Positions 1 through 7,983 of a stretch of DNA of 23,418 nucleotides are shown piece after piece. The DNA is taken from positions 1-23,418 of the forward strand of contig JAQBWB010000013.1 of the NCBI GenBank assembly GCA_027623355.1, in the 5' to 3' direction. The notes beneath the pieces are model-generated. The model was not told the origin of the DNA, made no database searches, and was given only the letters and a program-made list of their open reading frames with translations. The position numbers and the translations under genes are program-made. This DNA comes from Nanobdellota archaeon (GTDB lineage: Archaea; Nanobdellota; Nanobdellia; Woesearchaeales; JACPBV01). Every line of letters begins with the position of its first letter. The first letter of the stretch is position 1.

Positions 1-80
1 GTTTTTAGATTAAGAAGCAAGGCTGAGCCTGCGCTAACCGAGGCATTGCCGGGAGGATTTCTATGGGGCCGTTCACATGT

Positions 81-247
81 ATGTGCATAGCATCCTAAGG
101 TCGAAATTCTTTGACCTTCCAAAGCAGGTGCGTTGCGAGGGGTCGACCCCCTCCCGGGACGCAGCACATTCAAGGAATAATCTCAGGAATTTCGAAGATG
201 GTTGCTTTAGCAGCCTACGAACGCTAGTGACTATGCTATGCACATAC
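81..247. repeat. 167-bp structured repeat element, copy A (MITE-like element or small structured RNA)
   Basis: Matches 11236-11402 at 164/167 positions (mismatches at 113, 155, 168). Perfect 13-bp terminal inverted repeats: ATGTGCATAGCAT at 81-93 and ATGCTATGCACAT at 233-245. Internal hairpins: 97-102/113-118, 138-142/148-152 and 200-205/210-215. A 9-nt long-range complement links 101-109 with 187-195. Visibly GC-richer than its flanks. Confidence 0.8.
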
Positions 248-284
248 GTTTACATCTTTCATAAGTATATCTGGCCCACAAAAG

Positions 285-292
285 TTTATAAA
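285..292 (+). promoter_or_regulatory. TATA box (TTTATAAA) for leaderless methyltransferase mRNA
   Basis: TTTATAAA is centred 26.5 nt upstream of the ATG at 315. The same spacing recurs at other transcription-unit starts in this window. Confidence 0.55.
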
Positions 293-314
293 GCAAGATT
301 AACTCTAAAAACAC

Positions 315-1046
315 ATGGAAATGCGCCCTTTATTTGAGAAGAAATACCATCTGCTTGAAGCAAAGCACTGGTGGTTCAAAGCAAGACGAGATATGATTCT
401 AAAACTACTAAGATCTACTAAAAAAGAAGCAAAACTAATAGACATCGGCTGTGCTGGAGGAACAACCCTCAAATTTCTTACCAAAAAAGGATTTTCGAAT
501 ACCTCAGGAATCGATCTCAGTGCAAATGCAATTAAACACTGCAAAAGCAAAGGGATGAAGCAAGTTTCCTGCCAGGATGCAACAAAAACCAACTTCAAAG
601 ACAACACTTTCGATACCCTCATTTCCTCGGATGTCGTTCAAAACATTCCTGATGACTTGCAAGCACTAAAAGAATGGCATCGTATAGCAAACAAAGACTC
701 AACTTTAATCCTCTTTACCGATGCCTACCAATGGCTCTGGAGCAAACACGATGAATCAGCAAAGGCACTACGCAGATATTCCCTATCTCAACTAGAAAAG
801 AAAGTAAAACAAGCGGGTTGGAAAATAGAAAAAAGCTCCTATTGGAATATGATGCTACTTCCCCCTATTGCAATAGTAAGGTTCCTAAAAAACCTAGTCA
901 ACAACAAAGAAGGAGACGACCTAGATCTGCCACCGAGAATACTTAACCGTCTAATCACCGCCTGGATGAAAACAGAAAACTCACTTCTAACACATATCAA
1001 TGCTCCCTTTGGAGTAAATGTAATGATTGTAGCAAGAAAAAACTAA
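315..1046 (+). CDS. class I SAM-dependent methyltransferase
   Basis: 243-aa ORF. SAM-binding motif I is LIDIGCAGGTTLKFL. An acidic residue closes strand 2 (GIDLS). Typical Methyltransf_11/23-like length. Confidence 0.85.
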   Translation: MEMRPLFEKKYHLLEAKHWWFKARRDMILKLLRSTKKEAKLIDIGCAGGTTLKFLTKKGFSNTSGIDLSANAIKHCKSKGMKQVSCQDATKTNFKDNTFDTLISSDVVQNIPDDLQALKEWHRIANKDSTLILFTDAYQWLWSKHDESAKALRRYSLSQLEKKVKQAGWKIEKSSYWNMMLLPPIAIVRFLKNLVNNKEGDDLDLPPRILNRLITAWMKTENSLLTHINAPFGVNVMIVARKN

Positions 1047-2971
1047 CACGAAAGATCTATTTCCAAAACCTTCTCATCAACCAAGGACTTCAATAAACAC
1101 AAACCGCTAGAGTAATCGGCCCCTTGTTCTAACAACACCCATGTGCCCTCTACAGCAATAACTCCATACTCTTCTGAAGTAACCAAATTATGATATTCCT
1201 CATTTGAAACAAGAAGCGCACTTCGTTTAGGATCATTACGTGCCTCGCTCAGCTCAAGAACAATGTATTCTGGAGCTGCTACAACTTCCGGTTTGTGAAT
1301 CATATCTTTAATTCTATACACATATTCCCGATTAGAAAGATGAGGCAGCACCCAATTCGCAGCAGCAACCGTCGCATCATCAGGAACCAGATCTATAATC
1401 ATATTACCATTTGCAACATAATCACTACCCGGGTTAAAATCACCAACATCATACAACAGTGCAAAGGGACCATAGAATGAAAAGGACAATACACTGGTGG
1501 CAAGTGCAAAAATAGCCAAAGCAGGAACAATATTTTTTACCACAACAAAATTCAGCTTCAGTTTCTTTACCCATCGTGGCAAATACTTAGCTAAAAATAC
1601 AATCCCAAATAAAGCACTCAAAATAACAAAAACAAAAGCATTACTTTGGTGGTGATATACGATATCGGGAAGTGTTCTCTGCTGATACACCAAAAGAATC
1701 CCAAATTCAGTAGCTCCCAGTAATAACACCGGCAATCCAAAGAGGGAAAGTAACCCCATCCCATATTCAGAGAAGAATAATCCTAAGAATGCAATCTTAT
1801 CAAAGGACAACAGATAGCGTATCGTATCTATCGGCTGCGTCACCATCGAAATAAGCGTTTCAGATAAGCTACCACCAAAGTCAGGGTTATAATATCTAAA
1901 TGCCTGTTCATAAAAGTGAGGAATGATAATCTCAATGTTCAGATACACCCAAGCAATACCTACTATCGCAAGAATACTACCCATCACTCTTTTTCGGTCC
2001 TTTAAAAAAATATAGATACCAAACGGAACCAGCACTAACGGCAAATTTTCCTTACAAATACCAGCAAAGACAAGAAACAAAATCATCAATCCATATCGTT
2101 TCTCAAATAAATAATAAACAGCGTACATCAAGAAAGGAACCGCTAACACTAACGGATGAAAATCAAATAGTGCAGGGTACCAGAACGCAGGAGCAAAAAA
2201 GTAAGCCAAAAACAAAAGAAATACAGCAACATCATGTTTTAAATATTTTCGAGCAAGTAAGAAGAGAGGAATCGAACCAACAGCAATGGCAAGAGACTGA
2301 ATCACCACAAGAGTAAGTGGACTGGAAAAAAGAACATAGAACGGAAGCAATAAGAAGAGAATCGGTTGAACATGATCTCCAAAAATAGTATAACCGAGAA
2401 CAGAAGAATAGTCAGCACCGTTACTCAAACCGAATATCACCTGGTTATACAATCCTAAATCAAAACCTGTGGAATAAAACGAAAGATGCTTGAACACTGC
2501 AAGTAATGTAACAACCACAAAAAAGAAGCAAGATACTCCATACACCCACCGAATAGGAATCGTTCTACTTTTAATCTCGATATCTAACAACAACATGCTA
2601 AGCAAAATCCACACGCTAAGAGCAAATAACAACAACAATAGCGATGGCAATGAAGAATATTGAGAAAACTGAGCTGGAATAACAACGAGAGACGTTATCG
2701 GAAATAATGCGAGAACAAAAAAAGAAAGAAAAGGAATACTTTGTTTCTTTCTAACTAACCCAAGTTTAACTTTTGTCTTTTTAACAATAAAGGAACACAA
2801 GCCCTGCCAAACACCTAAGAATAATCCGATAAACAGAACAATAACCAATATACTGAGCCCCATATTATTCTGAGCATTTGAGATGCCTACAGCAAAGTTC
2901 AAACTAAAAAGGCCGGTAATCAAACCTGCCAAAACAACAACAAGTCCAGGGAGCAAAGATAATCGCTTCAT
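1043..2971 (-). CDS. polytopic membrane protein, DUF2079/GT-C-like putative glycosyltransferase
   Basis: 642-aa ORF with more than 12 predicted TM helices and a soluble C-terminal domain of about 150 aa. The stretch FGDHVQPILFLLLPFY resembles the DUF2079 signature. ATGA overlap with the upstream GT4 gene. Confidence 0.6.
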   Translation of the reverse strand: MKRLSLLPGLVVVLAGLITGLFSLNFAVGISNAQNNMGLSILVIVLFIGLFLGVWQGLCSFIVKKTKVKLGLVRKKQSIPFLSFFVLALFPITSLVVIPAQFSQYSSLPSLLLLLFALSVWILLSMLLLDIEIKSRTIPIRWVYGVSCFFFVVVTLLAVFKHLSFYSTGFDLGLYNQVIFGLSNGADYSSVLGYTIFGDHVQPILFLLLPFYVLFSSPLTLVVIQSLAIAVGSIPLFLLARKYLKHDVAVFLLFLAYFFAPAFWYPALFDFHPLVLAVPFLMYAVYYLFEKRYGLMILFLVFAGICKENLPLVLVPFGIYIFLKDRKRVMGSILAIVGIAWVYLNIEIIIPHFYEQAFRYYNPDFGGSLSETLISMVTQPIDTIRYLLSFDKIAFLGLFFSEYGMGLLSLFGLPVLLLGATEFGILLVYQQRTLPDIVYHHQSNAFVFVILSALFGIVFLAKYLPRWVKKLKLNFVVVKNIVPALAIFALATSVLSFSFYGPFALLYDVGDFNPGSDYVANGNMIIDLVPDDATVAAANWVLPHLSNREYVYRIKDMIHKPEVVAAPEYIVLELSEARNDPKRSALLVSNEEYHNLVTSEEYGVIAVEGTWVLLEQGADYSSGLCLLKSLVDEKVLEIDLSC

Positions 2972-4017
2972 ACCTTAAGAAAGGAAACTCTGTTTTTAAG
3001 ACTTACTTTTTTTCTAAGAAGTTCAATAACAGCATCCGCAAATCCAGAAATATCATTAACCGCAACAAGCTTACCTTTCTTCAACACCTCAGGGTGACTT
3101 CCTACAGAGAAAGCAACCGTAGGCTTACCACACGCAAATGCCTCAACAATAGGAATATCAAATCCTTCCCATAAACTACAAGTCGTGTACACGTCACACG
3201 CAGCATAATATTCAGGGAGTTCAGCATCCGCAACAAAACCAGCAAACGTAACGCCCGAGACATTCATAGATTTCAACTTTTTTGAATAACCAGAAAACGT
3301 ATGTTTTCCAACAATAACCAATTGAGCATTAGAAAACTCTTTCTTAATCAACGTAAAAGCTTTCAACAACAAGTCAACGCCCTTATGCGGACTAATTCTG
3401 CCAACATACAGCAAAACGGGTCCACTACCTAAGCCATGTTTCTTCACAATTCGTGAACCAGGCACCGTAGAATTAAACCGTTTACTTTCAACAGAAATAT
3501 ATTCAACCGTACTAGTAACTCCAGTCTCCTTTTTCAAAACATCCGCGAGAAACTTGGAAATCGAAACAGCCGAATCACATGACTTCACAAAATGATTGTT
3601 AAAAGCATTAAATAATGTTAAGTACTGTCTCTCAAAGTAAGAATAACTAGAAACAATACCCACTCCAGCATTATAGTACACATACTCAATCTTCGGATTC
3701 TTTTTCTTTGCACTAGCACCCAATATAGTCATCGGATATAAATGAGAAACAACACGATCATATCCAGCCAACTCCGAACCGACTCTAGAAACCTTGAAAA
3801 CATCCAAGAACATCAAGAGCCGATATATTCTCTGTAAAAAACCGCCGTTAGGCATACCTAACACATGCACTCTAATACCGGTTGGCTTCAAACTCCCTGC
3901 TAACGTAAAAACATGAACCTCATGACCTGTCTTCGAAAGTTCTTTTGCCTGACCCTCAACCAATCTGTCAATTCCAGAGAACTCGTGAAATGTTGGAGTT
4001 AACAGTGCAATTTTCAT
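2968..4017 (-). CDS. GT4-family (GT-B fold) glycosyltransferase
   Basis: 349-aa ORF. GRISPHKGVDLLLKAF is followed by EGFDIPIVEAFACGKP, an EX7E-type motif typical of Glycos_transf_1. ATGA overlaps at both ends. Confidence 0.9.
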   Translation of the reverse strand: MKIALLTPTFHEFSGIDRLVEGQAKELSKTGHEVHVFTLAGSLKPTGIRVHVLGMPNGGFLQRIYRLLMFLDVFKVSRVGSELAGYDRVVSHLYPMTILGASAKKKNPKIEYVYYNAGVGIVSSYSYFERQYLTLFNAFNNHFVKSCDSAVSISKFLADVLKKETGVTSTVEYISVESKRFNSTVPGSRIVKKHGLGSGPVLLYVGRISPHKGVDLLLKAFTLIKKEFSNAQLVIVGKHTFSGYSKKLKSMNVSGVTFAGFVADAELPEYYAACDVYTTCSLWEGFDIPIVEAFACGKPTVAFSVGSHPEVLKKGKLVAVNDISGFADAVIELLRKKVSLKNRVSFLKV

Positions 4018-4730
4018 GTTTTCGTCGCAACCAGCACAATCTGATTACTAAAGCGAGGAACCACATCACCTAAGTTAATCAGAATCTTTTTCATAAATGC
4101 AGGCACAGGCACAGTTCTGATAGGAAACGGAAAGTTAGGACTCGTTACCTGTTTAATCAAAAATCCATGCTCCTTCATCTGATTAATCAAAGCAGAAAAC
4201 GTATAGATTCGAATATGACCTGATCCAGAAGCCCTATATTCAGCACTTGTAGGATATTTTCCAATTAACATCGTTAGTCTATTCGTTAACGAAGCAATAT
4301 TAGGAGTAGTAATAATAAACACTCCTCCCGGTTTCAAAATACGTTTAATTTCACTCAATAAAAAATCAGTATCAAAGATATGTTCAATAACCTCACATAA
4401 CGTAATCAAATCAAAGGTATCATCCTCAATCGGCATAGGCTGCTCAAGATTATGCACAATACCCTTAACCCCTTTTTCTTTACAGCTAGCAATAGAGCCC
4501 TCCGCCATATCGAGTCCATACATATCAAAGCCAAATGCTTTCTTTAAACGAGCGGCAAAACCACCATCAGTACAACCAATATCTAATGCCTTACTAATCT
4601 TCTTTTTCGAAGATAGGGTACGAATAAGCGAGAACACCTTTTCTAGGTAGGTAGCCTGGGGCCTTTCAACAGAATACTGATCATACTTAGATTCATGATA
4701 ACTGTACAAGGTCTTTGCCTGCTTTTTCAT
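4014..4730 (-). CDS. class I SAM-dependent methyltransferase
   Basis: Motif I is ALDIGCTDGGFAARL; post-II motifs are LKPGGVFIITTPN. The ORF track starts at a TTG (4742), but the first ATG (MKKQAK, 4730) sits 26.5 nt from the shared TATA box, so 4730 is preferred. Confidence 0.85.
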   Translation of the reverse strand: MKKQAKTLYSYHESKYDQYSVERPQATYLEKVFSLIRTLSSKKKISKALDIGCTDGGFAARLKKAFGFDMYGLDMAEGSIASCKEKGVKGIVHNLEQPMPIEDDTFDLITLCEVIEHIFDTDFLLSEIKRILKPGGVFIITTPNIASLTNRLTMLIGKYPTSAEYRASGSGHIRIYTFSALINQMKEHGFLIKQVTSPNFPFPIRTVPVPAFMKKILINLGDVVPRFSNQIVLVATKT

Positions 4731-4752
4731 AAAAGAAATCAATGGAGAAACG

Positions 4753-4760
4753 TTTAAAAA
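4753..4760. promoter_or_regulatory. shared, near-palindromic TATA element (TTTAAAAA) between divergent leaderless genes
   Basis: Centre at 4756.5. It lies 26.5 nt from the minus-strand ATG (4730) and 27.5 nt from the plus-strand ATG (4784). The intergenic gap is only 53 nt. Confidence 0.5.
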
Positions 4761-4783
4761 GCTTTCTTAACCCACGTTCAAGT

Positions 4784-5683
4784 ATGAAAGCACTTATTAC
4801 AGGGGCGGGCGGTTTTGTCGGCGGATATCTAAAAAAGCACCTCGAAGAAAAAAACATTGAGGTAGCAGGTCTAGATAAACATCCAAATGTTAACACAACT
4901 CATACAGTAGACCTCCTAGACAAAGAAAAACTCTCCGCAACAATAAAAGAGGTCTCCCCAGATTTAATCTTTCACCTAGCAGCACAATCCTCAGTAAAGA
5001 AATCATGGCAAGAACCCGAATTAACAAAAGAAATCAACGTACAAGGCACAAAAAACCTTTTAGATGCCGTAAAAGAAAATAATCTCAATCCTAAAATTCT
5101 TCTAATAAGTTCCGCAGACGTCTATGGCATACCTGCTACCCAGCCCATGAATGAAAGTTTACCCCTAGCACCCGTAAGTCCCTACGGGAAGTCAAGAATC
5201 GAACAAGAAAAGCTAGCACTCTCCTACGATCTTGACATCATTATTTCAAGAAGTTTCACCCATACCGGTCCCGGCCAAAAGGCTATCTTCGTCTGTAGCG
5301 ATTTCGTAAAACAGGTAGCAGAAATAGAAAAAGGAACCAGAACAGAACTAGTAACTGGAGACTTAACCATCACAAGAGATATCATCGATGTGCGTGATAT
5401 GGTAACCGCCTACCTCATAGCCATCCAAAAAGCAAAACCCAAGCAAATCTACAATCTCTGCGGCAATAAAGGATACAAACTCCAAGAAATAGTAGATATC
5501 CTAAGGACCCTAACCACAACCGAAATCACAGTAAAGCAAGATCCCGAAAAGATCCGCACAAAAGACATCCCAGAAATGATTGGCGACAATACCAAGTTCA
5601 CCCAAACCACAAATTGGAAACCAAAAATCCCAATGCAACAAACCCTCAAAGACATGCTAGACTTCTGGCGAAAAGAGTTGTAG
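4784..5683 (+). CDS. NAD(P)-dependent SDR epimerase/reductase (GDP-6-deoxy-4-keto-mannose reductase Rmd-like)
   Basis: Rossmann motif MKALITGAGGFVGGYL. Catalytic YxxxK (SPYGKSR). FTHTGPGQ...GDLTITRDIIDVRDMV resembles Rmd/GMD-like SDRs. Start moved from 4742 to the ATG at 4784, directly before the Rossmann motif and correctly spaced from the TATA box. Confidence 0.8.
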   Translation: MKALITGAGGFVGGYLKKHLEEKNIEVAGLDKHPNVNTTHTVDLLDKEKLSATIKEVSPDLIFHLAAQSSVKKSWQEPELTKEINVQGTKNLLDAVKENNLNPKILLISSADVYGIPATQPMNESLPLAPVSPYGKSRIEQEKLALSYDLDIIISRSFTHTGPGQKAIFVCSDFVKQVAEIEKGTRTELVTGDLTITRDIIDVRDMVTAYLIAIQKAKPKQIYNLCGNKGYKLQEIVDILRTLTTTEITVKQDPEKIRTKDIPEMIGDNTKFTQTTNWKPKIPMQQTLKDMLDFWRKEL

Positions 5684-5687
5684 TAAC

Positions 5688-6032
5688 TTACTTTTTCTCC
5701 CTAAACAAAAACCAACACCCAATCAACACACCGAGTAAAGGAACAACATACACCTGAAGAGCAAAAGAAACACCAATCACCCCTAGATTATAACCAACAG
5801 CTCCATAAAACGCAGTTCCCAAAATAAAACTCATAATCAACCTCTCAAGGCTAGAAAGTGAAGGCAATGAAAACAATAAAAAGTAACCAGGAATAAAAAA
5901 CAACCAAAACAAGCCAAGTGTAAGCTTCAACACAGAAAAGAAAGAGGAAGAATGAAACACAATCTTCAAAACCAAAAGCACAATAACTAACAAAACTCCA
6001 ACTATTTTACTCTCATCAACCAATTTATCCAT
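5688..6032 (-). CDS. small integral membrane protein (about 4 TM; DUF1616-like N-terminal pattern)
   Basis: 114-aa hydrophobic ORF overlapping the upstream GT-C gene by 8 nt. FIPGYFLLFSLPSLSSLERLIMSFILG resembles the archaeal DUF1616 pattern (recalled from memory, low certainty). Confidence 0.55.
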   Translation of the reverse strand: MDKLVDESKIVGVLLVIVLLVLKIVFHSSSFFSVLKLTLGLFWLFFIPGYFLLFSLPSLSSLERLIMSFILGTAFYGAVGYNLGVIGVSFALQVYVVPLLGVLIGCWFLFREKK

Positions 6033-7662
6033 TCAAACACTCCACCCCTGGCTGTGTATTATGAACAATAGAGATAAGACCATTTGAATAAATCTCAGTA
6101 ATCCATTCATTAGCGAGTAAGGCACTGCGGACCAAATTATTATATTGAGCAAATACCGGCTGTGAAGTCTGCTTCGTAATATAGACATACTCCATCTTGC
6201 AAAGATCCACTCGAGAGGCAGTTAACGGCACCCTAGCAGATCGAATGTAGGTATCAACACAAGTAAATGAATCATTCCTAGGCTTCAAGTTCTGATCAAA
6301 GTAACAAAAGTCAAATACTCCTCTATCATGAATCCTATCAACATACCCATCCGTAAACCCAAAGGAGAAATTCCGTTGTAATGCACCCGTCTGAATCAAT
6401 TTAACGTAACTATTAGTTCCAACCTTAAACGCTAGCCTTTGAGAATTATACAAGGGAGCATTATGAATCAGCGTATCAGAATAAAGATAGTGTACCCAAG
6501 CATCGTCAGGTAAATTACTAGCAATCCACTGCAATCCGTCCCAGTCATACTCATTCATAATGCCCGGATTAGTCACAATATCAGCACCAAGCGAACGAGA
6601 AAACAACAAAATCAAAACAACACTAAGTGCAAACGGAATGACCGTTTTCTTGCCTCTACCAATCAACTGCAATCCAAAATACAATGCTACACCCACAAAA
6701 AAAGCAACATAAATAATCCAAAACAATCGTTGGGCATACGCTCTTTTACCTAATCCTAAATAAATCAGAAACCCGAGAGCAAATGAATACAGGAACGAAT
6801 AGCCAGTCAACTGAAATTTTTTCTTTCGTGTCAAGAAAAATACTCCTACCCCAACCAAAGCAAGAACTCCTATCCATCCCAGCTGCGCAACATCAAACGC
6901 AGGGTATCCTCCTCGAGCAATATCCATATCGAATGCTCCTCGATAACCCTCAGTCTGCAAAAAGGTAGCAGAAAAGATAAGAAGAGAGTAAAAGGTCAAA
7001 GCACCAATCAACAAAACAAAAATACCTGTTTTCTTGACGATCTCCATAGATATTTTCCTTTCAGAATAAAAGCGATACAACAAGAACAAACCAAAGAAAC
7101 CACCCGCATACACAAACTCAGGCTGGTGCGATAAAGCAATAGCAGAAAACAAGAATGCCATAATAAAAGGACCATATTTCTTATCAAAAATCGTCAATGA
7201 CCAAAGCGATGCAATCATATAGGTTATTCCCGGTACCAACAACCAATAACCCCAATAAATCAACGGCAGCAATCTGTTCTGCAACATAAAAAGCGCAAAC
7301 GGCAATGCAAGCAATGCAACCGCAACCGAACTCTTTCTCCAAAGGAGGTAAGCAGCAAGCACCCCCAACAAGTAAATAAACACCGTAATGAAAAACAACG
7401 TATCGTGGGTCTCCATTCCCGTCAACACACTCAAGCTTGCAGCAAGTTCATACGGTAAAGGGGGGTGACTATCCAATACGCCATCATACCCCCCAACAGA
7501 ATACGGAGCAGCATACTTCAATCTGCCATCCTCCTTAGCATACTGAGTCATCGCATGATGAAAAAACGCATCAGAAGCTGAGTACGAAGCAGGAAAATCA
7601 TGTTCCGCAACCCCGCCCCACGGCTTACCAATAGCCAAGAATAAAAAAGCAAAACTAAACAA
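6025..7662 (-). CDS. polytopic GT-C-like membrane glycosyltransferase (STT3/AglB-like layout, no WWDYG motif)
   Basis: 545-aa ORF with about 11-13 TM helices and a soluble C-terminal domain. The first loop, SDAFFHH, resembles the acidic EL1 motif of GT-C enzymes. NEYDWDGLQWIASNLPDDAWV follows the last TM helix. The start is a TTG and is uncertain (see findings). Confidence 0.6.
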   Translation of the reverse strand: MFSFAFLFLAIGKPWGGVAEHDFPASYSASDAFFHHAMTQYAKEDGRLKYAAPYSVGGYDGVLDSHPPLPYELAASLSVLTGMETHDTLFFITVFIYLLGVLAAYLLWRKSSVAVALLALPFALFMLQNRLLPLIYWGYWLLVPGITYMIASLWSLTIFDKKYGPFIMAFLFSAIALSHQPEFVYAGGFFGLFLLYRFYSERKISMEIVKKTGIFVLLIGALTFYSLLIFSATFLQTEGYRGAFDMDIARGGYPAFDVAQLGWIGVLALVGVGVFFLTRKKKFQLTGYSFLYSFALGFLIYLGLGKRAYAQRLFWIIYVAFFVGVALYFGLQLIGRGKKTVIPFALSVVLILLFSRSLGADIVTNPGIMNEYDWDGLQWIASNLPDDAWVHYLYSDTLIHNAPLYNSQRLAFKVGTNSYVKLIQTGALQRNFSFGFTDGYVDRIHDRGVFDFCYFDQNLKPRNDSFTCVDTYIRSARVPLTASRVDLCKMEYVYITKQTSQPVFAQYNNLVRSALLANEWITEIYSNGLISIVHNTQPGVECLNG

Positions 7663-7810
7663 AACAACAACGATTGCCTCATATGGTACCTTATATTTTG
7701 TAATGATGACCCCTCACCATGATATAACACAAATCTACTTTTAAATCTTTTGAAGGATGCTGCTGACGACCTCAAAGAAGTCATGATATAGCAAAGGCAG
7801 CTAATTTTCG

Positions 7811-7852
7811 AAGATTAAAACTGCATTTGCTAAGATTAAAACTGCATTTGCT
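7811..7852. repeat. perfect tandem duplication of a 21-nt unit (AAGATTAAAACTGCATTTGCT x2)
   Basis: 7811-7831 and 7832-7852 are identical and abut directly. They lie in the 343-nt divergent intergenic region between the GT-C gene and the epimerase operon. Confidence 0.9.
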
Positions 7853-7930
7853 TATCCCATAGGGATACCAGGAATGTTTCATTCCTAAGTATTACGAACG
7901 GCAAACAAATCTTCGATTATTATTTGCCGT
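7853..7930. promoter_or_regulatory. three consecutive inverted repeats/hairpins in the divergent intergenic region
   Basis: TATCCC-ATA-GGGATA at 7853-7867. AGGAATG-TTT-CATTCCT at 7870-7886. ACGGCAAA-(17 nt)-TTTGCCGT at 7898-7930. Confidence 0.35.
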
Positions 7931-7975
7931 GAGTATAGCACCGTGCCTCAGCATCATCGACACTTATCCAACACA

Positions 7976-7983
7976 TTTATAAA
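7976..7983 (+). promoter_or_regulatory. TATA box (TTTATAAA) for the epimerase-GT2-MT-rfbF operon
   Basis: Centre lies 26.5 nt upstream of the ATG at 8006. Confidence 0.55.

Noticed and set aside
81-247. Repeat element as SRP RNA, RNase P RNA, tRNA, C/D-box sRNA or a hammerhead-type ribozyme
   Set aside because: I could not find the conserved cores I know for these families: the GNAR-capped helix 8 with AGCA/GGAA loops, the GAGGAAAGUCC P4 strand, a cloverleaf, RUGAUGA/CUGA boxes, or CUGAUGA...GAAA. Housekeeping RNAs would also not be duplicated at 98 percent identity. Only an Rfam scan can settle this.
77-337. 86-aa ORF, and its 61-aa counterpart at 11238-11423, as a duplicated small protein gene
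   Set aside because: The ORFs coincide with the 167-bp repeat and diverge right outside it. All three nucleotide differences between the copies are non-synonymous. The region has inverted termini and hairpins more consistent with a non-coding element.
7811-7852. Possible CRISPR repeat pair (unit contains GATTAAAAC, reminiscent of archaeal repeat ends)
   Set aside because: The two units abut with no spacer, there are only two copies, and no cas genes are present in the window.
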